Source: Takakia lepidozioides
Lineage: Eukaryota; Plantae; Bryophyta
Direction: 5' to 3'
Length of the DNA: 64,000 bases
Assembly: GCA_030704615.1 (NCBI GenBank)
Contig: CM060734.1
Span: forward strand, 56,916,001 to 56,980,000
Made by a program: the position numbers and the translations under genes. Positions within the stretch are counted from its first letter, which is position 1. Each line of letters opens with the position of its first letter. The notes beneath the pieces were generated by a model, which saw only the letters and a list, made by a program, of their open reading frames with translations, was not told where the DNA came from and did no database searches. Positions 12,122 through 24,516 of the stretch are shown here, one piece after another.

Positions 12122-15100
12122 CTATCCCAGGCAGTGTGGACATAACCAATCTTCATCAGGAACCCTCTCAAGAGGTGGTGTCAAGCATCCCATGTGCCAA
12201 CCTCTTGAGCATCGATCACACACCAGCATAGTGGCGGCACCACGAGCATGCCCACATAGCATGCAACGCAATCCTGCAGGTACCACTGCAAGGTTGGGAT
12301 CTATCATCCCATCCACATGTGGAAGGTGACATGGCGCACAATTACACACATGGTCATTCCATACCATGCCATCTCGACCCTCCAGAATCAACACTCCTGA
12401 AGGCAACACCTCCCTGACCCTTAGAATCACACGTCATGTTGTGACATCCAAGGTCGTAGGCGCTGTCTGCTGCAGATACACATAGTCCCTAGGGTGGAAA
12501 CGCTGAACACCTGGCCGATATCCTCCTCCACGTATAGTGACATACCTCAATGTGTCTTGGTGTTGGGCAATAGCAAGATTCTCAAAAGCCATAGGCATGA
12601 CTCTCTTGAACAACTCTGCCCGCTGGGTACATGCTTGTGTCCACACATCCGGATCATCAAGGTTGAGGACTACTGCAGCCTCCCTGCGAATAGATGCAGG
12701 CAAATCCGGCTCTTGGCCAAAGAGAAAGAAATATGGTGAGAATGAGGCAAGTGATGCTTGCTTGCTGAACCTATAGCCCATGGCTAGCCAAGGTACCTGA
12801 AGATCCTAATCTCCTAGGTGTCCCTTTTGCAAGCCATACTTGCGCAAACCCCTCTTCACCGTCTGCACCACTCTCTCTGCCAAGCCATTGGCATCAGGAT
12901 GATCCCGAGAAGTGGTACGGTGGTCTATCAAGGCTTTATCACACAAAGCCTGAAACTCCCCCAAGAACTCTCTCCCTTGGTCCGTGAGTACCTCAGCTGG
13001 AGCACCGAATCGGCTAAGCACACGATCCAGGAATGCATACGCAGCCCCCTCACTAGCCTTGTCAGGCAATGGAACCAACTCAATCCACTTGGAGAAGTGC
13101 TCCACCATCACCAACACATATATGTGGTGGCGCATCGTTAGTGGCAATGGCCCTGCGAAGTCAAGACTCCACCTGTAGCCTAATCCCATGATGGGTAAAG
13201 GATGCAACTGTGGTGTAGGGGCGTTGAATGAAGCACGCACCCTGTTACACACCATGTACCTAGCCACGAACTGTTGCACCTTTGTGTGCATACCACGCCA
13301 CCAATACTGCTCCTACAGTAAACTATAAGTGTGTCGCACTCCAAAATGCCCCAACTCCTCATGGGCATGCCGCACTAACCGTACACGCTGTGTTGGATGA
13401 GGCACGATCCTCACCTGACCATCCTCCTACACTCGAAGCAGGTGTATCCCCTCCCACTTGAACCTCTTGGCTCGTTGCAGGATCCGATCCCTCTCTTTGG
13501 TAGTCACACTAGCTGTCGTGTCTCCAGTGCGGATGTAGTCCAACACAACCGAATCCTCATGTATATCTCTGGCACCACCTGGCTCATCACTAGCCTCAGG
13601 GTCCTCAGACACTCCATCTACAGTCATCCCTGTTGTAGGTCCAACCTGACCTCCCGATGCCAAGATACACAAAAAGGCATATGCATGTCATCCTGGCACC
13701 ATCTCCTCGTCCGTCTCACCATGCCACCGAGCTCCAGTGTCATCATGCTGGCTCGTGCATGGATTGCAACTCAATCCATCCGTATCCCTATTGACCAAAC
13801 CCGGTCGATGCACAACCTGAAAGTCATACTCTTGGAGTATAAGTGCCCACCGTGCAAGCTTCCCCGTAAGCTTATCTGACTCCATCAACCACTTGAGTGG
13901 CTGGTGATCCGTGACAAGAGTGAAGAGATTGCCGTATAGATAGCACTTGAAGTGTGCCACGGCCTACACTGCAGCTAAGCACTCCCCCTCACATGAGCTA
14001 TACTAGAACTCTGCAGCATTGTTCGAGCGGCTAGCATAAGCCACTACGAACTCTCTTCCCTCATCATCCACCTGTGTGAGCACCGCTCCAAACCCCAGCA
14101 TACTCCAATCTGTATGCACCTGAAAGAGATGCCCCCTGATAGGTCGTCTCAAGATCGGTGCCGAGGTCAACCTCGCCTTGAGCTCCAGAAAAGCTCACTC
14201 TTGCTCATCTTCCCACTGCCACTCCTGGTCTACCTTGGTCAGCTTGGTTAGAGCCTTTGCAATACACTAAATCCCTTGACAAACCGTCTATAGTAGTTTG
14301 CCAACCCCATGAAAGCTCGAACTCGGCTCACATCCGTGGGGCGTGGAATTTGTGCGATGGCCTCTACCTTAGTCTACTGCACCCCCAATCCTCCAGGATA
14401 TATCATGTGGCCCAGATACTCAATTTGGTTGTGGAAGAACTTGCACTTTCCCAGATGTAATTTCAATCCGTGCGCTCTCAAGCGCTCAGACACCACCTGA
14501 AGGTGTCTCTCGTGTTCCTCCACCGTAGCACTAAAGATGATGATGTCATCTATGTAGCACCGAACAAAGTCTACCCCTGCTAGAATCCTATCCATAACTC
14601 TCTGGAACTCTGCAAGAGCGTTCTTAAGCCTGAATGGTAAGAACCGCCACTGATATAGGCAATCCTTCCCGTGCTCATTGATCCCCCAGAATGTCGTCTT
14701 CTGCTTGTCCGTTTCCTTGATCGGCAACTGGTGATATCCAGACCGCAAGTCCAAAGTGCTAAAGACCTTGGCATGCCCAATGGCATCAAAGATCTCCTCC
14801 GGTGTGGGCATGGCATACTTATTGGACTTGGTCTGACGATTTACAGGCCAGTAGTCACCGCACATACGTCTCTCCGTCTCCAATTGCCATAGACATCCTT
14901 CTTGGCTGGCATCACCGTGGCTGAAGCATACTCTCCACCAGAGAGCTCCACCAAACCAGCCTCCCTGAGATCTTGAGTCCTCTTCTGAATCAAAGACCTC
15001 TCCATGTCACTGTATCTGTAGGGTCTCCAAAAGATTGGCGTATCCGTGGCCAACTCAATACGAATCTCCTGACCCTTCAGTTCTCCCAAATCCTTCAAAC

Positions 15101-15270
15101 TGAAGGCAAAGAAATTCCTGTAAGCCCTCAGGAACCGCCGTGTACGTCGTCTCTCTCCTCCAGTGACAATGGATCCAATGTCAGGCTCCCAATTGTCCTC
15201 CGTAACTGCAACCTTAAGTCCAGCAGACTTAGAGATAGGAGACGCGTACCCGGTTGCTATGCGCAACCTC
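12122..15270 (-). pseudogene. Element B RT - RNase H - DDE integrase - PHD finger
   Basis: RMCGDYWPVN, LDLRSGYHQL, CYIDDII (RT); LVTDHQPLKWL (RH); WSLDFAGP, VLTDQGREF, NGLAERVVQT (IN); CMLC..CDRC..HMGC..WLCPHC (PHD). Contains stops and frameshifts. Confidence 0.93.
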
Positions 15271-15559
15271 ATTAATAGTACTCCCTGCCTGCTCAGTCAA
15301 TGACAAGACCTCATCCTGCCCCATCACCTCATCCTTGAGGACCTCCTCAATAACCAACCTCATCCATCACAGCCGCCTTGGCTGCCAACTCCCTTTGAAC
15401 CTCGAGCACCTCCCACGTGTGCCATGGATGTCTACACCCCGTGGTCCTCACCGGCTCGCCTCCTGCCTGTACCGTCTCCTCGGTAGGCAGCGAGACCGTC
15501 CAGGGAAGTGCACTCCCGCACTCTACGTTGCTCAGCCATAGCCAAGCTGATCTTCCAGG

Positions 15560-16500
15560 TCCAAGCAATTTAGATCCATTGCTTTGCCCAAACACCTGAT
15601 GACATGATGCCTCAGAAAGACAAGGCACCGCCGTGGTCCCAGTGGGAAAAACCCATAGCCCGCTCTCACTCGTCGGCATTAGGCTCCAATAACTGCTGCA
15701 ACTAAGCATCCCACATGAGGCCAGGTCCACTATCCCGGAAAGCGTGCGATCCTGAGAAGCTGAGCAGTGTAGGATTGCTGCTCGTGGTTGACCCACATTG
15801 TTGACCACTGCCAAAGGCGAACGGTCATCGTATCTCACACACCGCTGAGACTTTTAGACTGCCTCCCTGTGTCCAAAATGTTATCCACTGTGAGGTGTGC
15901 TGGTCGCTGCACCCATCAAGCACGCTTGAGCAGTGCGGTGGCATCAGTTAGTCCACATAACCTTGGACGATGAGCCCGTGACCCCCACTGCAGCTGCATC
16001 CAGCAACACTACTGACCCAAGCCACGACCGGACTTGATGCACACTGGCCATCACCCTACCCCGAGAATTGCCCATCAGTGGCACCATCTCCAAGATGTGC
16101 GTAGATACAGTTGATGAAGCTGTAAGTGATGCAAAACCCGCACCATCTCCCAAATAGACCCGACTCTTGAGTCTCGCAATCCATTGCCATGCCCGGCTGA
16201 TGAATGCCCTTGGCAGGGCCAACCTGCCACTACCAAATCAATAGAGGCCAACCCGCTCCAAATCTTGCACCCCCAGCAACGAAATGTTTACTGGCAAGGC
16301 TGCTGATATCCCGAACTGCAACAAAAACCGGCAACAACTCGGGTACTGCTGCACCTCTAAGCAACATGACGGAGTGAGACGCGTCGTGCGGTCTCATCCC
16401 TCTCCACATACAAGTAACGCCGTACTCGTACATCTGTTTGTAGAACAACAGCCAACCCAGTGCTGATCCTGCCACACAAGTTCAGAAGGCAAATGCCTTC
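15560..16500 (-). pseudogene. Element B C5-cytosine DNA methyltransferase domain
   Basis: Motif I ICLLNLCGRISTG; II RRYLYVERD; IV IDLVVAGWPCQGHS (PCQ codons at 16210-16218); VI ILEMVP; VIII AHRPRL; IX ERERAMGFP; X GQAMD-like. Frameshifted. Confidence 0.88.
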
Positions 16501-16899
16501 ATCCGGACACTGCCACACAATCGGTGTGTGGCCCCAATGGTGACAACTGAGGTGGTCTGGTGCAATCCCTGCACTATCCTCATCTCCTAATGGTAACAAA
16601 AGCCGCTACCCAGGCTTGTTGCACACCCAATTAGCAACCACCCCGCTGCAATCCTTTGCTCGAGCCTTACAATGGAGTGTGAACAACATGACAGAAACTC
16701 GCCATACCATACATGTCATCCTGCTCTCCCCGGTGGACACATCCTCTGATGAGTGTTTGTCTCCAACAACTCTCCAGGCCAAGTCACTACGGCTGTGAAT
16801 GCTGCCAGTGTTGGCATCTTGCCTCGCTGGGCAACCGCAACTCCTCCTGTGAACGTCACGGGAAGCTGCACACGCCGGCCCTCCCCTGACTGCCATCCA

Positions 16900-18579
16900 G
16901 ACCCAAAAATCCAGGGTGAAGCCGATGGGGTAACAAACTTCCTACCACAGTTGACATCGTACGAGACCGCGTCCTGTCACAATGGCCTTGGCTCTCATCA
17001 CTGAGTCATCTGTAGGATGATCCGGCTGTAGTCGGATAGCCAACTCACGCCATGTCATGCCCCGAGCCTGCTCTGATCCTCCTAGAGACATCTGTATCTG
17101 GAAAGGGCACGGCTCCATATCTGCCTCCGTGAGGCCCAAGCTTGCAATAGCACCTCTGCCCAGCATCAATGGCTGAGCTCCCGAGTCTAACAAGACCTGC
17201 AGTGGCCGGTAGCTCTTGCTTGCCGGTCCACTCAAACAGAAAATGTCATCTTGGTTGTCTAGCATGACAACTCCAGGTGTCACCATGGTGTGCTCAATGG
17301 CTGGCCTAGCTGACACCTCCATCAACCTAGCAGCTTCAGCTTGCCATGGCGCCGTCTGGCAGTCCTTGACCCCTCACATCTGAGGATCCCTCCGACACTA
17401 CACCTCCCACTATCTCCACAGAAGATGAAGTTACGTCCCCACTTTCACAGAGTTTAGCTGCCAACCTGAACACCTCAGCTGGTCTTACCCCCGACATCGC
17501 AATCATGTTACATTGGCTGTGATTATTTTTGGGTTCATTCTTGCATTCAAATTGTTTTGCAGTTGGAGGAAAGGGCTTCCTCAGTCATTCACATTGGCGG
17601 AGACAGTGTTGACGCCGTCCATGGCACTTAGTTCTCGCCCGACTGTTACCGAGGCGAAGGTTACTATTCCATTGGAGAGAGCTACACCGGCAGCACCACT
17701 ACCTAGTGTTGCCAAAGCTACGGCAACTAGTTGCTGCTGGGTAGCCACAGTTGTGTGCCAGGCCTGGCCTGACGGCTTACCTCCCCACTCTGTGGATCCA
17801 ACTCCACATCCGCACCCCATGGCTCAGGAACTCGTGCTGCTCCTCGAGTCACTGTTGCAGCTGACTCCACTTGCACTAGTGGTAGTCTTGCCCCGCATAT
17901 AGTGGTAGTGGTAGTGCTGTCCAGCACTAGTGGTAGTGGTGCCCCACCCATAGTGGTAGTGGTAGTGGCACCCCTCACCAGTGGTTGTGGTGCCCCACCC
18001 ATAGTGGTAGTGGTAGTGGCACCCCCCACTAGTGGCAGTGCTACCCCGCATATGAATCTCATGCCTCCCATGTCTCCTCCCTCAGGAGCAAGAGGTGGAC
18101 CATCTGGCCTTGAAGCCGGTACCACCTAAGTTGTGGCCATGGCAGCGAGCCTCTGCTCTAGCTGCTGAAGCCGGTTGGCCATGCCTTGGTCACCACCCTG
18201 ACCTCCGCGTCGTTGGCCACGTTGAGCTTGCCCTTGGCCTGCACCTGGTGCTTGGCCACCTCGTCCTCTCTGGGCTGCTCCACCTCGCCCCAGGCCACCA
18301 TTGTTCCCTTGGAACTGGCCTGGGCGCAACTCAGGATGCAAACCATAGCACTGGGCCTCTCCATGCCCGTACTTGCCACAATGGCCACACTGCAATTATG
18401 CAGGCTGTGCCGGTGCCAAACCATGGCCTCCCTCTGGGCAATCCTTCTTGACATGGGATCCTCCACATGTCCAGCACCATCCGCCCGTTGTTGGCTTGTA
18501 AATGAAGGGAGAGACCCGCATCTGAGGTCCTCTTTGTCCTTCCCTGGGCTTCACCTAAGCCCCCTTGTTGCCTTGAGCA
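16900..18579 (-). pseudogene. Element B gag C-terminal half (two zinc knuckles) and protease
   Basis: CWTCGGSHVKKDC, CGHCGKYGHGEAQC, RGG-rich tract, protease VLLDSGAQPLML. Confidence 0.85.
17870..18050. repeat. ~60-bp tandem repeat (about 3 copies) in the gag tail of element B
   Basis: Repeated ATAGTGGTAGTGGTAGTGGCACCCC..., translating as GATTTTTMGGAPLPLV. Not expanded in element C. Confidence 0.7.
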
Positions 18580-18584
18580 CGTTG

Positions 18585-18956
18585 TGTCGCGTACCTCACT
18601 TTGGTAAGTTCCCCTTCAAGTCATAGTTCAACCATGCCATTTTATGGCGAACCACCACGAAGACCCTCGATTCCCGGTGATGAATCGCGGTGAGTCTTGG
18701 CCCACCCACCACAACCCAAATGGTGAGTCAATGCCACCCCACTAAGTCCCACTAAGCTACCACCACCCCTTGTGGAGCCACCCCCACCGCAACCCGGTGT
18801 GCGGGGCTCCACCTAGTGGGCACCTCCGCCTCCTTGAGTGCCTTGGGCACTCAAGGGTGCTTCAGCCCCCCGAACCTATCGCTCCCACTGCCCCCACCAC
18901 AGGGGCAGCCCCTCCTACGTCCCGACCCCCTGCCCTCAAGGCAAAGGGCCGCGACA
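18585..18956 (-). repeat. Element D 3' LTR (internally deleted)
   Basis: Colinear with 37255-37979 but lacks about 350 bp in two blocks. Confidence 0.88.
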
Positions 18957-19899
18957 CACACCCCTACCAACAGGGAGTCGATGTCCTCATCGACTTGTCC
19001 ATTTTGTAGAAATGAACATCCAAGTTATGGCGTCCCACACCAAGGAGTTTGTTTCGGTACCATGGCATCCCATGGCAAAGAACCAAACCCACACTTGACT
19101 CTACTCTCCACTAGCTAGTTCGGCCGGACTTCCTCCAAGTCCCGGCCAAGGGTGGAGCCTCTCAAGCTCCCCCAGTGCACTCTTCTTGGCCTACTTCAAG
19201 GCCAAGGAACGATCCTCCCCGAGGATCGAGTCGCCTTACTGCAACAACATTGCTTACGACCGCTCATGATGCCGCTTTTGGCATCACCTTGAGCAAGGGT
19301 TCACCTTGAACCCTTTTTTACTAGGAAGATAACCTTGGACTAACCATGCGCCCCAATCACTACAATTGGGTCCGCCTTGGAATTTTGGCCTGAGGTACGG
19401 GAACACGCCGAAGCCGCACTACGACTTCGTCCGAGGCTACACGATTATAGTACGTGAACGGAAGCACGTAGCTTCCGCTTGTTAGCCCACACTACAAGGC
19501 ACCCCCTCGGTAGCGCAGTTATAGTAAGCGCACGCGCGCCAGGTGCGCACAGCACGTGAACTCCCAAGGAAGGCGCAAGTTTCCTTGCCCTTAGATGGAG
19601 TCACCCATTTCGGCACTACGCAAACACACGATTAATCCAATTTACCTCTCCTACTTTTGTAAGCTAGCATGCATTCTACACACTAGCCAACTATACCATG
19701 CATCACCATTCCAAACAAAATAGGACGCACAACATTTGAAAACCATTTCATTTATAACAAAATTTGTACAATACAAGTTTTTGCAATCGGATTCCTGAGT
19801 TAGCTAAGCCGGCTAAGCATGCATTTCCTCCCCCACGATCCAAGGTTGATGTCCCCATCAACGTTTCTTCCGCTTTTGAGGTCGCCCTTCGAAAGCTGC

Positions 19900-22800
19900 A
19901 ACCGCCTCGGATGCGTTTCCCATTTCTGAGGAATGCACCCAAGATGCCTCCACATGAGCCCTTCCATTTCACGAGATATTCCGTTTCTCGATTCTTGAAC
20001 CTCCTCGACTTAAGCACTGCCTCCACCTCGTACTCAGGTTCATTTTCATGATCCAACAGAACAGGTGGCGGACGCAACACTTGATGTCGATTCGGACGTG
20101 CTTCATCTTTGAAGTAAGGCTTCAAAAGGGAGACGTGGAATACCGGATGCACCTTGTTGTTTGCCGGCAGCTCCAATTCATACACATCCTCATTCATAAC
20201 TTTCCGGATGCGAAAGGGTCCCGCATACAGAGGTACGAACTTCGGACTCATTTCCGGAGGTAGTCGGAAATTCTTGATGTTCAACCAGACCTCCGTGCCT
20301 GCCTCAAACTTAACTTCCCTCCGCTTCCGATTCGCCTGCCGTTCATACCGTTTCCTAGCTTTGGCAATGTTGTACTTTTGCGAGCTTCCACAAACGCTCG
20401 CGTTCTTCCAGCATCGCTGCTGCTGCCGGTTCCTCAACGTCTTGGGCGGCCCAACTTGTCGGCACCAAGGTGCTTTTCCATAGATCAATACGAAAGGGGA
20501 AACTCCCGCTGCGGAGTGTTTTGTGTTATTATAACATAACTCTGCCGCATCCGAGTGTTCCACCTAGTCCGATTGGTCTGCCGACACGTAATTCCGCAAG
20601 ATCTGCTTCACCACGGAATTCACCCTTTCTGTTTGGCCGTCCATCGCAGGTCGGAAGGCGGTGCTCATCTTGAGCCTCGTCCCCATCTTCTTCCAAAGTG
20701 CCCTCCCAAATTTACTCGTAAACTTTGGATTGCGGTCCGAGACAATATCCTTTGGGAGTCCATGATGCTTGAAGACGTAGGCGAAGTAAAGTCGCCCCGT
20801 CTCCTGCGCCGTTGCCATCTCCTTGGTGGGGATGAAATGGCCCATTTTACTGAACCTATCCACCACCACCATGATTGCATCGAATCCCTTTGACAGCGGC
20901 ATAGCAGTCATGAAATCCATCGAGACACTTTCCCAAGACCCCTCTAGAATCGACAAGGGTTGTAACAACCCCGCTTGCTTTTTGTACTTGCTCCGGTTTT
21001 GTTGGCATGTGGTGCATGTCTTGACATTTTCCTCGGCCTCCTCCCTTAGTTTGGGCCAGAAATACTCTTTCTTCAAGAGTGCCGCGTTGCACTTGGCTCC
21101 GCCGTGGCCCGCAAGCGGGCCATCATGGCATTCTGTCAAGAGACTATCTCTGGTCCCTCCCTTCGGCACATAGAGACGCTTTTGCTTTTATCGGAGCAGT
21201 CCATTTTGCAAGTGGAACTACGATTTAACCCCCATCCTCAAGTCCCGCATCACAGACTTCGCCATCTCATCCTTCCGGTAAACCTTCCGGATCTTCCTTT
21301 GGAGCGCCGTCTCGCCCCTGTACACCAACAGGAGCTGTTGCTTTCTACTTAAAGCATCGGCCACCAAATTGTCCCGTCCCGGTTTGTACTAGATATCCAC
21401 GTCGAACACCGCCAAAGTATCTTGCCACCTAAGTTGTTTTGGGGACAACTTAGGCTGCGTGGCAAAATACTTCACCGGGACATTGTCCGTGAACACCTTC
21501 ACCGGGTTGGAACCAACATAGTGGCGCCAAAGCTCAAGGCAATGCACCACCGCCTTCATTTCCTTCTCATGCGTAGGCCACCGTCGCTCCACTTCATTCA
21601 ATTTCTTACTTTCGTAAGCCACTTGACGTCCATCCTACATGAGTACACCCCAAATGGACGGTCGAACTCCGGGATTTTGAGGACTGGAGCTTCTGCCATC
21701 CGCTGCTTCAACTCGGCAAAAGCTTGGCCATAAAAGGTGTTCCATACCCAGACTTTGGATTTACACAGAAGGTCTGACAGTGGCCCCGCGATCTTGGCGA
21801 AATTTCTCACATACTTCCGATAATAGGAGGCGAGTCCTAGGAAGGATCGCACTCCCGGGACCGAAGTCGGAGGCTCCCAGTCCAAGATCGCTCTCACCCG
21901 TCATCCACTTTGATCCCATCCTGTGTAATCACATGCCCCAGAAACTCCACTTTTGTAACCCCGAATTCGCACTTTGAAGCTTTGGCATACAGCTTCCCTT
22001 CTCGCAATTTCTGGAACACCCTTTTGAGGTGCTCCAGGTGCTCTTCCTTTGTTTTCGAGTACACCAGTATGTCGTCAATGTATACGATCACAAAGTCATC
22101 CAACCACTCCTGGAAAAGGCTGTTCATTAGCGTGCTAAAGGTCGCGGGTGCGTTGGTGAGCCCAAAAGGTATCACCAAGAACTCATACGAACCATATCTT
22201 GTCCTGCACGCGGTCTTCTCCTCATCTTCTTCTGCCACTCGGATATAATGATACCCGGAGCGCAAATCAATCCGGCTGAAATACTTCGCTCCTGCCAACC
22301 AATCAAAGAGGTCGTCAATCCTTGGCAAAGGGTACCGGTTCTTGATAGTCACCTTATTCAGGGCCCTGTAATCGACACACATCCGCAGTGTCCTATCCTT
22401 CTTGTCTGCGAATAGCACCGGGGCTCCGTAAGGTGACTTACTCGGCCAGATGTACCCCTTTGACATTAGATCCTTGAGCTGAGTCTTCAGCTCAACCAAC
22501 TCTCTGTGGCTCAACTGGTAGGGCGCCTTGGCAGGCGGTTCCGATCCTGGTATCACCTCAATCTTGTGGTCAACTCCCCTTCGCGGTGGCAAGCCGCTTG
22601 GTACATCCTCCGACATCACATCCTGGTATTTCTCCAAGATCCCCTTGATCCAATATGGGCTCGGCTCCCCATCGCCTTCTCTTTTCACTTGTCTTACGTA
22701 AAGCAAAAACTGGGGCTCGTGTGGCTCCTCCACGGCCCACTCCCTTGCTGACAGAAGGTTTATTCGCCCTCCCACGGGTTTGGGCGTTTATGACACTCGT

Positions 22801-23046
22801 AAAACTTCGCCACCATTCCCACACGGCAACGTGACTACTCTCTTGCGGCCATCTATGACCGCTCCGGATTTGCTCAAAAAGGTCATCCCCAAAATGAGAT
22901 CCACTCCATCGATCTCGCAAATGGTGAAGTTATCACGTCCCTCCCAACTCCCCAGTTGAAGAGGAACATCGAACGCCAACCTCGTCGCCAATTGTGGTTC
23001 TCCTTTGGCAGAACGCACCTCAATAGAGGCCCCACGTCACTTGTCG
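19900..23046 (-). pseudogene. Element D pol: protease end, RT, RNase H, integrase, chromodomain
   Basis: [18 protein letters not shown]; HEKEMKAVVHCL; VSMDFMT, IVSDRN, DGQTERVN; GPF; YEVEAVLKSRR..EYLVKWKG. Confidence 0.92.
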
Positions 23047-23051
23047 GGAGC

Positions 23052-23909
23052 TGTTAGGAGGCAGTCTGGGACTTAGGCATTTTTATGGGTTTTGTGGAGT
23101 CTGGGACTTAGACACTTCTATGGGTTCTGAGGGGTACCCTTAATTTTTTAACACAGCCTGTCACAGCCAGTCACAGCCATACACAGCCCGTCACAGCCAG
23201 TCACAGCCCGTCACAGCCATACACAGCCAGTCACAGCCCGACACAGCCCGATACAGCCGTCACAGTCTGACACAGTCGCACAGTCAGTCACAGCTGTCAC
23301 AGTCGTAGGGAACGGTTATCATGACAGGGAACGACTGTGGGGAACAAACATCTGTCGGGGAACATGTAATTCACGGAGGACGGTTAGTGAAGGAAAACAG
23401 TTAGAACAGCGGGTAAGGGGATAAAGCGGGCAGCGGAGACGGGAAGGGGGACTTTTTGGGACGGAGATCACTCCTGGGAGAGGACTGAGATCGGAGGAAA
23501 GGAAGCTGGCGAGGAGGAAGGAGATACTATAGGACAGAGTTAGTACGAGATGTAGGATTACTTAGAGGGATAGATTAGAGAAGTTAGGACATCAGCATGT
23601 ATCCGATTATGATTAATCTGATTCTCATCCGATACAAACACCTTGTGTTGAGAGACTTGAGTGAAGCTGTGTATGAATGAAATCAGGGGGCCCAAAGAAG
23701 CAATCTGACGCTTAAAAAGATACGTGGTCAAGATAAACAGGGAATATAAACTGATAAGGAATATAATTGGAAACCCAACAATGATTCACTAGCTGCAGGT
23801 CATGACTGATTGTTTCACGCGGGCTGAATGCTTAGAGATATCCAACTCTTCTATCTTGGAGTTTCCCCCTCGGATAGCGAAGGGATGGGTGAGTAAAAGC
23901 CGCGTGACA
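23052..23909 (+). repeat. Element E 5' LTR
   Basis: About 8 substitutions and one 27-bp indel versus the 3' LTR by eye. Contains a CACAGCC microsatellite-like tract. Confidence 0.95.
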
Positions 23910-23997
23910 TTTGGCGACCATACTGGGGAACTGAGTCATGAACAACCAGATGTGACAAGCATCTGGTGGGATCATGGTGGTTGGAGGATTAAAGAAT

Positions 23998-24495
23998 TTG
24001 ATGAATCAAATTCCCTGTGGAACGAAGGAAGAAAGATTGTCCAAACAATTCTTTCAAAGGTTCTTGGAATTGCCAGACGGTTGTAAAGAAAATATTCTTA
24101 AGCGAGTGCATGATGCTGATCCGGAATGGGGTCTGGAGAAAGGAGTGATAAAGATTTATCAGGTAGCCTGTAGAGGAAGAGCACGGTGGTTACCAACATT
24201 GGTTTATGTGATAGCCTTACTATCTATTAAGCGGGTAGAGTTTGAAAGCTGGGAGGAAAGAAAAGTGAATGTTTACACTCATATGCATGAGGAGCTTGTA
24301 TTGGTAAAGAATTGGATTCCAAAGGATATCTTGTGGATCAAACTTACACCAAGAACAGCTTTTCAGACTTGTTTACCATATGGTTATATGGTAACGGAGA
24401 CTTCCAGTATAGCCAGAGGTACATTGAAGCTGGAAAGAAACCCAGGCATATACGAGAGATACTACAGGAGAGAATTTTGGTTGTTGCCACACTAA
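23998..24495 (+). CDS. Element E extra upstream ORF of unknown function
   Basis: Open 165-codon frame from ATG 23998, immediately after the PBS and before gag. Confidence 0.5.
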   Translation: MMNQIPCGTKEERLSKQFFQRFLELPDGCKENILKRVHDADPEWGLEKGVIKIYQVACRGRARWLPTLVYVIALLSIKRVEFESWEERKVNVYTHMHEELVLVKNWIPKDILWIKLTPRTAFQTCLPYGYMVTETSSIARGTLKLERNPGIYERYYRREFWLLPH

Positions 24496-24516
24496 AAGAA
24501 ATGAAAGATATGGGAC

